From: Craspedostauros australis
Taxonomy: Eukaryota
DNA length: 64,000 nucleotides
Reading direction: 5' to 3'
Assembly: GCA_030167865.1 (NCBI GenBank)
Contig: JALAGF010000323.1
Location: 1-64,000 of the forward strand
Of the stretch, positions 1 through 12,456 are shown one piece after another. The notes beneath the pieces are model-generated. The model was not told where the DNA came from. It did not search any database and worked only from the letters and a program-made list of their open reading frames with translations. The translations under genes were made by a program, and so were the position numbers. Numbering within the stretch: position 1 is the first letter of the stretch; every line of letters begins with the position of its first letter.

Positions 1-760
1 GCCTGGGGATTGTGGAGCAATTTTTCAAATGTACAAGACCATGAACAGCGACAACCAACAGCAGAGCAGTGTGATGACCAGCCCATCTCGTTTTCCTCTC
101 CAACCTTCAACCAAAACAATCTCATAAAAACAACAACCTTACAAAACTCAAGCTTTACAACCACCAAATCAACTCAAAACACATTCTCAATCGTCTCATC
201 TACGTTCGTGGTCACACTACGTTTAACCGCGCTGACGTTGGCAGTTTCACTTCCCCTTTTGACCTGCCAAAGTCCGACACTGGAAGGCAAAGCCGGACAC
301 AACCGGACTTCTTTTGCCCTCTATTCTCGCTCGGGACTAACTCCAAGTTTGTGGAAGATGCGCGCTCAGACAAGAGATGGAATGACTTGGAGTTGATGAC
401 TGTGTGTGTTTGGGGCGACCTTGTGTCGTGGTTTGTACGACCTGCGAGTGCAGCTCGTAGTACCAATACATGTTGCAAATGCATAGTCCATCTCAACCTA
501 TAAGGACGCGGGGTGATAGCTATTGTACTATCATTAGTACACTACGAGCTATACCATAACGCTGTGGCATGCAATGTTGTGGGAAGTCTGTCCGGTATTG
601 TGCTCTGGTACATCGGGACACTTGCGGAGCACGTGTGTAGACAGCGGGCCTGCCAATCTGCTCGTTGTGAGGAGAAAGGCAAAGGCACCAATAGCATGAC
701 CAATTATCCTCTCTCTATAGAGTACTATTCTCATCAGTACCCTACCTGCGTTACATGCGT

Positions 761-2307
761 TTACGCGAAAAAGACAATGAACATGACGATGAAAACGACA
801 AGGATCCCGAAGACCTTGAAGAAGAGGGAGCGGTTCGATTGCAGATTCGTGAACGTATCCGTGAGCGCGCCGAGACCCAGATTGATGTTGCTGTTGGCAT
901 CGTCGACGTTATCTTCCACGCGTTGCACCATCTCGCGGTGCTCGGACACCATGACAGCGAGCTTGTTGAAGATGGTACCGAGTTCGACGATGTTGGCTTC
1001 GACCTGTTCCATGGCATTGGCACGTTCCTGCAGGTATTCCTGGTCAGGAATGAGCTGCATCATCTGGTCCGACCCCGATTCCTGTTCCATGCGTTGGATG
1101 TCGAAGGGGGTGAGCGGGCTGGAATCGGATCGTCCGTAGTAATTGCCTGCTGTGTTGCCGTTGGTGTAACCGGATGTGTCGTTGCCAGTCTTGCGCAATC
1201 TCATTCCAGAGTCAGCACCGTCTAACAGGTATGTTTGGGTGGTTGCATGTGGAGTGTGTGTATGTTTGGGTGGTTGCATGTGGAGTGTGCGAGGAGTGTA
1301 CGAGGAGTGAAAAGTAAAACAACGAATGGTGTTGATGTGAGCGGCGTGATGGACAGTGGTGAGGATTGATATGATGCAACATGAATTATACCATCGTGCT
1401 CGTACTCGTTTGAGAAAGCAGCGCTTGCATTGGCATGAACTCGAATGAGGCAACAAAAATGTGAAGTCAGAACACATCGTATCTCGGACTCTCCCAACCA
1501 TACAATCGCTCGCATGGAACCAGTCAACAGCAACTTACGAGGCCTTGGCAATTGGGAAGAACTCGATGTGTCTTCGCCTGCTGCCATGCCGCTTGTGAGG
1601 TCCAGGGTGGGGAATCCAGCCTGTCCCATGTTGGGTGGTCCACCGAGATTCAAAATTGGAACATCCTCATAGACGGGTGGCTTGTTTTCGAGGCTGACGA
1701 GCGATTGCTGATTCTGATCGGCGCCCTTCGTGTCGACGCCGTAGACCTGCCGTTTCCGGTCGGAGGTCTCCTTGAGGGTGTCCGTGCGCTCCTGCAGCAC
1801 CTTCTTGAACCCGGCGGCGGCCTGCCCGAACTCCTCCTTGAGCTGCCCCACCAGGTTGGTGGCCTCCTGCCCTGCCTGCGAGTTCTTTCCCAGAGCCCGT
1901 TTCTGCTGCGCGATGATGCGACCGGCATCGTCGAGACGGCCGTTCAGATTCTCAATGTTGGATTTGATGCGCACCACCAGATTGTTGACCTTGTGCGAAT
2001 CATCCGTGAAGAGGCTCTTTTGGCGCACGAGGTTGGTGAGCTCGCCCAGCAGCTGAGACGTGGCCGCGATGTCCCGCGATATGCCTCCCGCCGTGGAGTG
2101 GAAGGTCTTCAGCTGCGCGTAGGCTGCCGCGTTCTTGCCGGTCCCGACGTCCGTGCGGCCGTACCGTCCCTTGGCTGCGCCACCGGGCAGGCTGGAAGCG
2201 GTGCTGCCGCCCATGCCGCTATTTCCGGTGGAGTACAGGCCGCCTCCTCCTCCGCCAGGCATCGAACGTGCCATGGAGAGGAACTCGGATGTGCGATCTT
2301 CCGCCAT
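761..2307 (-). CDS. STX5: Syntaxin-5/Sed5-like Golgi Qa-SNARE; 2 exons (2307-1539, 1221-761)
   Basis: N-terminal 'EDRTSEF' Sly1-binding-type peptide, Habc helices, SNARE motif (YLQERANAMEQVEANIVELGTIFNKLAVMVSEH) and C-terminal TM anchor. Intron 1222-1538 (GTAAGT...TAG) joins the two ORFs in frame as LPRP-H-GADSG. Confidence 0.92.
1231..1291. repeat. Tandem duplication with 31-bp period inside the syntaxin intron
   Basis: atgtttgggtggttgcatgtggagtgtg occurs twice, starting at 1231 and 1262. Confidence 0.8.
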
Positions 2308-3234
2308 TGTAGCAGTGGTTTCCTTGCTAGTTGCTTGCTAGTTGCTTGGTTGTTGTTATTGCCTGGTATTGGCCGGTCTTGGGTTGCTGGTTCTTCCTGT
2401 GTCTCCTACTGTCGCTGTTCCCACGATAAGGGAGATGTCTGCGATGCGTGGTTAGATCCCTCTGTTGCCTGGAATGGACTGCTGTGTTGTCTTATCTTGT
2501 CTTGTGTTGCGTTGATGTGTATAGTCCAGTGGATGGTATTGGTAGTAGTATGCTTCTCTGCTTTGCCGGAACTCTTGCTTCCTTTCTGTCTCTCTCTCTC
2601 TCTGTGTTGGGGAGGGTGACATCTTGGAGGCCCACGTCGTTGCTCTCGATGCCGCTGTCATTCAGTTGTCCTCCCTTGTTGTTACCGTTGGTCTTTGTGT
2701 TGTTGTTGTTGTGCCTCTTGTCGGTGGGAGTCCACAGTCTTCGCCACAAACGAGTCCTGTTTTCCTCTTTGTGTCTCTATGTAGTCGATGTAATCAAATT
2801 CGACATCACGCTTTCTGTCCGAATCAATCGAGTCCTACCACGCTGCGTCTGTCTGCGTACGACTTCCCTCCCATCTCCACCAAAACCAACAACGCAAAAA
2901 CCGAAAAAACGATTGACGATGGTGCGACGGTTCTGCGTTGATGGGTTTCTCGATCCGTCAACGACAACGCGGATTCACAGGAAGATCTCCCGCCCTCATC
3001 GTCGGTACCTCACATCCGTCGACGCGATTGGATTGAGTATAGTAGGGCAGACAACAACGTCGCAGCATAAGACAACCAGCGGAGCATCTGCAACACTTTA
3101 CAGAGGAAGCATCAGAGTCGTCGATTGTTCCATTCTGGCAGAAACAAGAAGCAAGAGCAAGCCTGGAGAGACCTTCATTATTATTCTCAGTCACTGCCAT
3201 CAAGCCGCAGTTTCACATTTCCTGACCTCACAAA

Positions 3235-6200
3235 ATGGCCAAACGACGCCAAAAGTCGCCAGCCAGAAAGCAAGGCAAAGCCAAACCCGAAGCGGCTGAA
3301 ACCGCCGATGATGACGATGCTGGAAAGCAGATGCACGCCGTGTCGCTGTCTTCCCATGAGGCGTCTGACGATTCGGATTCATCGTTGGGCACTGGCAGTC
3401 GCAGCGGACACAAGACGAACACCAGCGCCAATGCCAATGCCATTGTTGATGATGTAGACATGGAGGAGGAACAAGAGCAAACGCAACTGGTCGGAAGCTC
3501 CAGACTGTTCTCGCCATTCCGAACCTTGGGAGTCGTCTCCGATGGTGCATTCCACCTGATTCCCAACCAAAACAGTTCCAACGCGCTCGCGGTGGTCCCA
3601 ATCGGCGAACGATTTCAGATCCTCAGATGCAACCGGCTGCATCCCGTCCTGGTCAGTCAGGCCGTGCCAGCCAGCGAAGGATCGACGAGGCCGCAGCGCA
3701 TTTCGCACCTGATTTCCGATGAAGCTCTCAACGTTGCCCTCGTGGCGCATGGATCGGTCTACACGTCCGAGCAGGTCACGCTCTTCAAACGAACGAAACC
3801 GATCGCGTCCATGAAGCTCACGCCGTCGTCACCATCTTCTGACAGCAGCAGTAGCGATGGCGGCGATTGGGAGATCGTCAATTTGCTTCACTTGGGACGC
3901 ATCAAAATGAAAATGACCGGCGAGAAGGAAGGCAAGAAGGAAAATGTCGTCTTCTGCGCTGCCATCCTGGCCAAGACCGTACCAGACGATGGCGATGACG
4001 GCGTGCCTGTTTTGGGAGACAGTGATGACGAAGGCAGCGACGACAGTGATGACGACAGTGATGACAACAGCAGCACAGAAAGCAAACCAAAGAAGTGCTT
4101 GGGACAGATCGTGCTCCTGCTGGCATCACGAACTTCCCTCACAGTGTACAAGAGGATAGAATTGTCTGACGATCCGACCTTCCAACCTCGCTGCGCCGTA
4201 CATCCATCAACCTACGTGAACAAGATCCTGATCGGAGGTGTGGATCAGCAGACGAAACAACCTTCCATGGTCCTCATCAATGTCAAGACGGGGAAACTCC
4301 TGCACACCTTCAGCTGTATTCCAAAGTCCCAATACGAACGTTCTGAAGTCTCGACGTTGGAACAATCCCCAGCGATCGACACAATCGCAGTCGGCACGTC
4401 CACGGGTTCCGTCCATCTGATCAACGCGCGGCACGACAAGCTCCTGTTCTCCGTACATCACAAATCCAAGGACTCCTCGGCAGTTCGCGTCACGTCGGTG
4501 TCCTTCCGTACCGACGCGGCCGCCTTGCAATACGGCGTCGCACCGATGGCCGTTGGTCGAGCAGACGGTACAATCAGCATCTGGGATCTCACGCCGCCAG
4601 AACATGACTCGCTGGGACGTAGCCTCCTGCATGAAATGGAGAACGTGCACTATCCCGGCGGCGTCGCCAAGCTGCAGTACATGCCACAGGAACCTGTGCT
4701 GGTCTCCACGGGAACCAAATCCAACGCATTCCTGATGCACATCTTTGACAATCCAGATCATTCCGCAACCTTGCTGCGACAGCGCAAGGGGCACACTTCC
4801 GCACCTCGCAATATCCGATACTTGCATTCGGCGTCCGGCGTGCTAGCCAACACGGGCGATGGAACGGACGCGGCGGTGTGTCAGATTTTATCCAGCGGTG
4901 GTGACGACCGGACCTTTCGATTGTTTTCGACTGCGCGTTCCGTGCTTGACAAGGAGTACAGCCAGGGTGCTGGGCTGGAGAAGCGGGCCAAACAGTTTGG
5001 CTTGAAGAGCAAGACAGATCTGTTGCTACCACGCCTCAGCGCCATGACCATGGCGGAAGCCAGGAGCAGGGATTGGGGAGACATCGTCACGATCCATGAG
5101 AATCATGCATTCGCGTACGTTTGGAGCTCCAAGCGTGGTGCCCAGTCCGGACCAGTGCTGAGGCAGAGCAAGTGGCAGGTCAGTGCGATGAAGAAACCAT
5201 TGCCAGACTACACCCACGCCACGTCAGTGGCAATCTCAGCGTGCGGCAACTTTGCCGTGGTGGGGACCAAGGGCGGCAAGATTTACAAGTACAACATCCA
5301 GAGTGGACATCCGCGTGGCTCCTATCCCCGACAAGATGGAGACGACGAAGACGAAGAGCAACGCAAGAGAGATGCGCGCATCGCCGGCAACCTGGGTCGA
5401 ACGATGAAGATGCTGGAGAAGGAGATGAAGATCAGCCAACGCCCTGCCAACATGGACAAGTTCGAGCAAGATGCCGTCACGAAAGCCAAACTTCAAAAGC
5501 GCAGGGATGCCAAGCTGAAGATGGCTTGTCACGATGGACACTCCGTAACAGGCCTCGCCGTCGACTCGATCAACAAGACGCTGATTTCGGTGGGCGCAGA
5601 TGCCAAGCTCATTTTGTGGAATTTCGCCAACCACGGCCCGCACAAGAAGAGCCCGTACATGCTGCCAGCGCCGGCCACGAAGATGTCACATGTCCGCGAC
5701 TCCAACCTTGCCGCCATCACGTTGCAGGATCGAACGGCGGTGCTGTTCGATTGCTCGGATCTCACCATCGTGAGACGATTTGGCAAGACAGATCTTTCAT
5801 CGATGCACAAGGCGCCCATCACAGATGTTGGATTCAGTCCTGACGGGCGCACGCTGTACACATCGTCGTTGGACTCCACCATCCGGGTTTGGGACGTTCC
5901 CACCAACGTCTGCATCGACTGGCTTGCCTTCCAATCGCCACCAACCTCGCTCACCGTGAGCCCGACCGGAGAATTCCTGGCCACGACTCATGCTGGAAAG
6001 ATCGGGATCAGCCTGTGGAGCGACAGAAGCTTTTACGAAACCGTCCACTTGGACGGTGGCCAATCGATCAAATCCGCAGCCAAGATGAACGATCCAATTC
6101 CCATCTCTGAAGACAAGGAAGACGGCGATGACGAGGAAGACGTATTCGCCTTGACAGCAGCGGCCGCGAAGAATGGGTCGACGCTATCCAGGTCGAAGCT

Positions 6201-7179
6201 CGCCAAAAGTCAAGCTGACGAAGAAGAGACAGAGGCATTCCCGGTGCCACCGAAACGATCGGGCCTCATCACCCTCAGTGGCCTGCCGCCAGCCCATTGG
6301 AAGAATCTGTTTCATTTGGAGCTTGTGAAACAACGGAATAAGCCCAAGGAAGCACCAAAGAAGCCTCCATCGGCACCATTCTTTCTGCAATGGAGACCGG
6401 GCACGGAAGACACCAAACCAACTACTTCAAGCGCCACTGCAGCAACGCCCGGCGTTGATGCTGCTGCCAACAACAATGATGACGACGACGATGCTTGGAA
6501 CGCGGCTTGGTCCGACGATGATGACGAGAATAACGATGTTGGCATTGCGGACGACGCCATGATGACATCCGACAAAGACAACGGGAATACCGACGACGAT
6601 GCAGAAATCACGGCGAAACGCTCGCTAGACATGGATGCATCCGCGCAGCCCAAGAAGCGCCGCATCGCGCACCATCGATCCCACTTGGCAGCATTGCTGC
6701 AACAGTGTGAAATGAGCACAGCAGCCACGGCAACGGGGACAAAGACCAACCACCAATTCCAAGAGGTCTCCGACTACATTGCGACGTTGGGTCCGTCCGC
6801 CATTGACGTCGCCCTATCCACACTGTGCAACGGCATGCACGATCTGGAGGACGGCATCCCGCTTCTGCTACTGGCATCGAGCTGGTTGCTCGAAGCCGTG
6901 CGATCCCGCGAACGTTTCGAAGCGGTCAATGCGTACTTGCATCGCTTTTTGCATCTGCATGCCTCAGTGATCGCGGGTGTGGATGCGTTCGCCAAGATGG
7001 ACGGGAAGACGCAGATCGGCGAGGAAAGTGCTCCGAAACCATCCGACGTCGCGGAACGGGAAGAGTTGTTGCAAAAGATCACCGAATTGCGTCACGTGCA
7101 GAAGGAATCGGCTGAGTTGTTGTACGAAAAGATGCAAAGTAGCCTGTGTTTGCTCCGGCACTTTTCAAGGATGGTGTAG
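3235..7179 (+). CDS. UTP21: U3 snoRNP/SSU processome WD40 protein UTP21 (WDR36), single exon, 1314 aa
   Basis: N-terminal 'SRLFSPFRTLGVVS', many WD40 repeats (e.g. HKAPITDVGFSPDGRTLYTSSLDSTIRVWD) and the C-terminal Utp21 signature 'ITLSGLPPAHWKNLFHLELVKQRNKPKEAPKKPPSAPFFL'. Confidence 0.95.
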   Translation: MAKRRQKSPARKQGKAKPEAAETADDDDAGKQMHAVSLSSHEASDDSDSSLGTGSRSGHKTNTSANANAIVDDVDMEEEQEQTQLVGSSRLFSPFRTLGVVSDGAFHLIPNQNSSNALAVVPIGERFQILRCNRLHPVLVSQAVPASEGSTRPQRISHLISDEALNVALVAHGSVYTSEQVTLFKRTKPIASMKLTPSSPSSDSSSSDGGDWEIVNLLHLGRIKMKMTGEKEGKKENVVFCAAILAKTVPDDGDDGVPVLGDSDDEGSDDSDDDSDDNSSTESKPKKCLGQIVLLLASRTSLTVYKRIELSDDPTFQPRCAVHPSTYVNKILIGGVDQQTKQPSMVLINVKTGKLLHTFSCIPKSQYERSEVSTLEQSPAIDTIAVGTSTGSVHLINARHDKLLFSVHHKSKDSSAVRVTSVSFRTDAAALQYGVAPMAVGRADGTISIWDLTPPEHDSLGRSLLHEMENVHYPGGVAKLQYMPQEPVLVSTGTKSNAFLMHIFDNPDHSATLLRQRKGHTSAPRNIRYLHSASGVLANTGDGTDAAVCQILSSGGDDRTFRLFSTARSVLDKEYSQGAGLEKRAKQFGLKSKTDLLLPRLSAMTMAEARSRDWGDIVTIHENHAFAYVWSSKRGAQSGPVLRQSKWQVSAMKKPLPDYTHATSVAISACGNFAVVGTKGGKIYKYNIQSGHPRGSYPRQDGDDEDEEQRKRDARIAGNLGRTMKMLEKEMKISQRPANMDKFEQDAVTKAKLQKRRDAKLKMACHDGHSVTGLAVDSINKTLISVGADAKLILWNFANHGPHKKSPYMLPAPATKMSHVRDSNLAAITLQDRTAVLFDCSDLTIVRRFGKTDLSSMHKAPITDVGFSPDGRTLYTSSLDSTIRVWDVPTNVCIDWLAFQSPPTSLTVSPTGEFLATTHAGKIGISLWSDRSFYETVHLDGGQSIKSAAKMNDPIPISEDKEDGDDEEDVFALTAAAAKNGSTLSRSKLAKSQADEEETEAFPVPPKRSGLITLSGLPPAHWKNLFHLELVKQRNKPKEAPKKPPSAPFFLQWRPGTEDTKPTTSSATAATPGVDAAANNNDDDDDAWNAAWSDDDDENNDVGIADDAMMTSDKDNGNTDDDAEITAKRSLDMDASAQPKKRRIAHHRSHLAALLQQCEMSTAATATGTKTNHQFQEVSDYIATLGPSAIDVALSTLCNGMHDLEDGIPLLLLASSWLLEAVRSRERFEAVNAYLHRFLHLHASVIAGVDAFAKMDGKTQIGEESAPKPSDVAEREELLQKITELRHVQKESAELLYEKMQSSLCLLRHFSRMV

Positions 7180-7557
7180 ATTGCAGATGAGAGATGGTGG
7201 TGGTCGAAGAGAGTTCACGACAGTGCAGACACTGCAATGCCACGCCACGTAAAGCGCTGCGATAGAGAATTCAGGAGCTAGGAGTAGGATACTAAGGCAT
7301 ATATTTCTCCTCGGACGGATTGTGGACGATGTAGCTTCTGATCCAGCGTGTGTGTATGTGCGTGTTTTACGTCTCGTGTATGGTACGTAAGTTGACATTG
7401 CATGCTAATGTTACTGTGTAAATCTACATCGATTGTTGCCAAGTTGTCCACGTTGCACTTTTTGGAATGGACGTATCTGGCTGATACGATTGTTGGGTTG
7501 ACATAACGTCGCTTTTCGCGCACTAACACACGTTGCCCATGCGCTCGTCCCTTGTCT

Positions 7558-8562
7558 TCATTGCCATACTCCCGTTGTTGTGATTGTGTCTGTTGTTGTG
7601 GTTGCTGCTGCTGCCGTTGATGCATCATTGTCGGTGCCGATCTTGAGGAGGCTTTGGATGGGCTGCGGCAGACTCTCGGTGTCGATGTCTTCCACATGCG
7701 ACAGGAGGGAGCACCATAGACTGGGTCGCAGCGCAAACTCTTGCCACGTGAATCTGGGTGCCTGAATGAATGGAAAGAACTCTGTCAACGGATCTGATGG
7801 CGCCGCCATGCCGCGCACATGGTAGAAGTACTGCGACAGGAAATGCACCTGTCGCAACCCCACGATCAAATTGAAGGGAAGGAAGAATGGAAAGCACCAG
7901 CACACCTGCAGCGGCTCCTCCAAGCCTTCTCGCTGGTAGGCCTGGTTGATGCGATCGTACAGCAAGAATTGCGTGTAGTACAGAAAGCTGATACCCACCA
8001 CGCACCAATTCATGCCACCCGGGAGATGCAAGAGCTCGGCCAAGGGTCCCAGCAGCATGCCGTAGGAGAACAATCCCAAGGTCCCGTATCCACCATACCC
8101 ACGCGGCGGTTCCATGCTGCCGGCTTGGGCGTTGGCCGCATCGAGTTCCACCTGCAGGAGCTCTTCCTCGATGGCGAATTTATAGTAGCCGTACCACAGC
8201 AGGCCGGTGGGCAAGCTGGCCAGCAGGACCAGCCACAGCGGACGCGGGACGCCTGGTCGTCCTGGTGCCGCCGTGAGGATGGTGATGGCATCATCATCGA
8301 GCTGGGTGTCTGGAGATTCGGAAAAGACGGAGACGGCATTGCGGATGGGTGGTGGCACTGGTCGCTTGAAGAATTCGTTGAGCTGGACTTGGATGGGCTC
8401 TTCTTCGATGGGGACGGATGCGTGCAGTGCGGAATGGGCAGTTGTTGCTGACCCAACGATAGCAGCGTGTGATGCGCTGGTTGGAATGACGAACCCGCTA
8501 ACTTGGCATTGCTGCGAAAGCAAGAGCAGAGCGCAAGCTGCGCCGGGAATTCTGATGGGCAT
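7558..8562 (-). CDS. Hypothetical multi-pass membrane protein, probably plastid-targeted
   Basis: 334-aa ORF with hydrophobic signal peptide ending 'VSG-FVIP' (diatom ASAF-type cleavage), Ser/Thr/Ala-rich transit peptide and 3-4 hydrophobic segments (LWLVLLASLPTGLLWYGYY; WCVVGISFLYY; WCFPFFLPFNLIVGL). Confidence 0.75.
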   Translation of the reverse strand: MPIRIPGAACALLLLSQQCQVSGFVIPTSASHAAIVGSATTAHSALHASVPIEEEPIQVQLNEFFKRPVPPPIRNAVSVFSESPDTQLDDDAITILTAAPGRPGVPRPLWLVLLASLPTGLLWYGYYKFAIEEELLQVELDAANAQAGSMEPPRGYGGYGTLGLFSYGMLLGPLAELLHLPGGMNWCVVGISFLYYTQFLLYDRINQAYQREGLEEPLQVCWCFPFFLPFNLIVGLRQVHFLSQYFYHVRGMAAPSDPLTEFFPFIQAPRFTWQEFALRPSLWCSLLSHVEDIDTESLPQPIQSLLKIGTDNDASTAAAATTTTDTITTTGVWQ

Positions 8563-9495
8563 CTTTCAAGTGATTTGATGGCTCCTATGATACCTCCCGT
8601 GATGGCTGTTCTGTGGTATCTTTGCGTTCTCTGTTTCGTCCGTTGATTGATGAAATACGTGGATTGATTGATTGGATGCTGCTGAGTTTATGGGTTTGTG
8701 CGGTACCTGGATGATCAACAATGTCGGGTTGCTTGCTTTTGTGAGGCGACAGGGGTCTACTCTATCTGCAATTGTGACGCTGCGCGGTGCTGTGCTATAC
8801 AATTACGATGCAATGTGATGCATCGAGTCCACTTGTGATGCTGACGCTGATGCGGAGGATGATGATCAGAGATGGGAACAATGGTGGTGATGTGCTTCTC
8901 AAATGACGGAACGAACACACGCGAAGGAGAAGCGGAAAAACGTGGGTGGCAGATGTCTGCGTCAGCACCAGAAAAACGAAAAAGGAAAAAGTGGGGAAGG
9001 AATTTTGGAGGTCCGAGATTGTTCTTCTTTTGTGGCATCAGCAGTTGCTCACGTGGTTCGTTGTGGTTGTTTTGGATGATACTTCCAACCGCGTCCGTGA
9101 ATCACGTGGCGGTCTTGTGCCAGGAGGTGAGTGACATGTGTGCAAGCACCACCCACGGTGCGGATGCACGCGTCTGGCAACAAATCAAAGATACGATTTT
9201 GGATCCATCCTCTCGTGTTTGGACACCGGCAGCGACAACACACAACATCGACACGCTTTGCGAAGAATGATAGCAGAATAGGAGGGTGGAATAACACTCC
9301 CCATTCCTTGTTCTTGCACTGCCGACAGTACTTCCAGTAATCGTAATAGAGGGAGTATAATACAAAGTACTCGTAGTCGTATGAGTGGGCAGTATGCTCG
9401 TAGTGGTAGATTGTGTTGTATTGAATGGTACGCAATCAACTGCGCTTCCGTTCGTCTTTGTGTCATTTTCCCAAACTCTTCCTCTCCTCTCTTCT

Positions 9496-11820
9496 CTACA
9501 ATAGCCCTTGCCGCGCCATGTCTTCATATGTCGCCCTCGTCAGGACGTTTCCATGAGAATCTTCGTACTCCTCTTCCTTGGGCGCATCGAACTGATTGGT
9601 GTCCATCTTGTTCTGCAACGACTCCCACAGCTTTTGGGCATCTTCGATTTTGGTGACGCCATGGAAATGCTTGGTGTTGGGAATGCCCAAAGCGCGCATG
9701 CCGAGGCTGTGCTTCGTCTCGGCAAAGTGCAGCTCGAAGTTACGTCGTCCGCGATACGTTTCGTTGCCGCAGATTTCGCAAGTATAGAAGTGATTGAGAC
9801 CGTGCAGTTTGAACAACCAGTACGGCATCGGCTTGCCGTCCCAGCCCAAAGGCACGCCCTTCGGGTTGTAGATTGGGGCATCCTCGTCATCCGTGTCCTC
9901 GTCATCATCCCCGTTGGACTTCTTCGGTGCCTCCACGGTGGAGCCATGAAGATCTTCGAACATCTCCTTCTCCTTTTCATTCGTGGTCTGGGCTTCCTGT
10001 CGTTCTATGCGTTTGACTGTCGCATCCAGCGTGGGTCCGACCTGATTCAATAGCGCCGTGATGACGGCCTCGGTGCGAGCCACGTCGATGCGGCGTTCGG
10101 CCTTCACGGGTGCTGCGCCAGCTGTGGAAGATGCGGGGGCAGCCTTCTTGGCGAACATCTTCTTGGGCAGCTTGTCCAACGGCGTATCCTTCGTGAGGAA
10201 GAGACGCTTAGCACGATCGGCAGGCGTACCTCCGCACTTGAGTCCCAAGCGAGACAATTCCACCTTGAGGACAGCGGGGTCGACGCCCTTTTCCAATTTC
10301 TTGGCCGACTTGTACTTGGATAGATCGATGCCAGCGGGCTTGTCGTTGCCATTCTCATTGTCCACCAGCAATGCCTCGGCCTTCTTGGCCTCCCATCCTG
10401 GCGCACCACCCGTCGACCCCCATTCCTGATCGAAGGCTGCGATCGCAGGCGCCGTCACGTCCTTCAGAGTCAACGCCGGCGTGGTGCGCGCGATGAACTC
10501 CTCCAAGTAGGTCTGCAGGGCGGCCAAGAAACGCACGTACTTCTTGCGATCCTTCAGCTTCTTGGATTCGGCGATGGTGTCGAGACCCTTGTGCAACGTT
10601 ACCAGGAAATCGCGGTACATGAATAGTTTGGTGTCGGCGTCGTTTGCAACAAAGATCTGTTTGATAGGCGCGACGGAATTCCCGTAAACGCCTTGCAGAT
10701 CTAGATACTTGCCCAGCACTTCTTCCGTGGCAAAGATCTGGCCCTCCTTGAGTTTTTGAATTTTGTCGGCGACGAGAGACGAGAGATCGTAGCCGTCCAC
10801 TGCCGGGTTGCCAAACTTACGTCGCTTGGCAGTGGCCTGGTGAACTTCGGGGTGCTGGGCATGGTAGGATTGCAGATCTCGTAGTTTCTTGTCAAAAACC
10901 TCGAACCAAACATCGACGTCGCGGTTGGATCGGACGGTGTCGATGCTCTGCTCGAACATGGCTGAGACGGTCTTTTGCTCCGTGCGTATCTTGTCGGTGA
11001 GTTGGGCCGCCTGCTGAAGGCATTGGGACAGCGCCAAGTCGTGAGTCGCCTTGCCCAGCTGGCCTTGTCCCATGGTGACCTGGGTGCTTTTGCTTTTGGG
11101 GTCGGTGAATGCCTCCATGGGGTTGTCGGGCAGGATCTGGTTGGTGTCCATCGATTGCGAGGTTTGGGACAGCGTGACCCAGGTATCCTGAATGCCGCCC
11201 GGCATGCTGGATATGTCCACCTTGCTTTCGTTGGTGCTGGGCATGTGCTGCAGGAGAGACGAAGCCATGAGCATGCAGGCCTCCTTCTCGACCTCCATGC
11301 AGCGGGCCTTTTCCAAAGCTGTCGCCGTCGACAGCAACGATGCCCTCATTGCCTCCTGGATCTCAGGGCTGGCTCGCTGTGGATGCAGTGCAGTGCAGTG
11401 CATTGTAGTGTTGCGTTGTTTGGTCATGATTGCATGATGGTTAGTATGGATGCGTGTTGTGTGTGGAATCGAAATAGAGAACGCGAAAGTGAGCAAAAAT
11501 GAAGGAGTGATAGTGTGAGTGTGAGTGCCTTGATGTCCGAGTACGTATTGGTACAAGTGAGAAAGAAAATGTGCGCAATGCACACGATGAATGAACAGAC
11601 CATGATGTCTTCCATGGATGAGGTAAGTCTACCAGCGGATCCCATGTGCACACGAGCACGTGCAGCAGCATACAGCACTATTAAATCGCATATGATACGA
11701 GAAACAGCCGAATGAATGTCCTCTGCGTACCTTCTTTGTGGTGGCGGCTTCTGATGCCGATCCTGTTTTCGGTGGCGGAGGCGGCGGCGGCGGTGGTGGT
11801 GGCGGAGGAGGAGGAACCAT
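9496..11820 (-). CDS. SF3A3: Splicing factor 3A subunit 3 (PRP9/SF3a60); 2 exons (11820-11731, 11376-9496)
   Basis: Hallmarks 'EEVLGKYLDL', 'LSRLGLKCGGTPADRAKRLF' and 'IYNPKGVPLGWDGKPMPYWLFKLHGL...CEICGN...FELHFAETKH', ending 'TYEDMARQGLL'. Phase-0 intron 11377-11730 (GTACGC...CAG) joins a poly-Pro first exon. Confidence 0.93.
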
Positions 11821-12456
11821 GGTGAAGGAGCTGGGCTGTCTGTTGTCTGTGACTGCGATGGTGGTAATTGTTCAGATGGAGATTGGTGTGATGGTGGATG
11901 TTGATGCAGATGTTTCAGTGTTGAGAACGGTGAGGACGGTGATGCCGCAATCGGTGGCGGTGGTCGGCAAAGTTCGTTGGCTGCAATTGTTGATGTTGTT
12001 GTGACAGTTTGGTGGTTGTTCCGCATGGACGAATGGTGGTCGATGCACCAACGATAACCTCCCTTAGCTTCAGGTCTAATTCATCAAAAGCTTATTACGG
12101 CACTGAAGCGGATGCAAATGATAGTGACTGGAAATATGCAAGACCGAACGAATCAATCGTGGATCTGGGTCTTTTTCGACCCACCTGATCACACAGGATC
12201 GCTGAAAGGTGTCGAAATGTGTGACATCAGTAATTCCCGATTGTACGGGACTGAACCAAAATAGAGTACAGAAACAACAAATACCCCCCTACCGTAAACG
12301 TGGCAAGCGCATGATCGATCACTCCTGAGCGTTACAGGAGCACGTTACTTTTGGGACTACGGGGAATTTCGACAGAAAGGCGATGTCAGCAACAACCGTT
12401 AAAATTAACGTGCAAATTACGCTTTTCGAAGAATCGACAGCGTTGGGGAGGAGGAC

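Noticed and set aside
10-496. Short ORFs or possible ncRNA at the window start
   Set aside because: No recognisable protein or snRNA/tRNA motif; cannot be supported.
12030-12320. Possible C/D snoRNA (several CTGA, near-C-box ATGATAG)
   Set aside because: No exact RUGAUGA box, terminal stem or recognisable rRNA guide.
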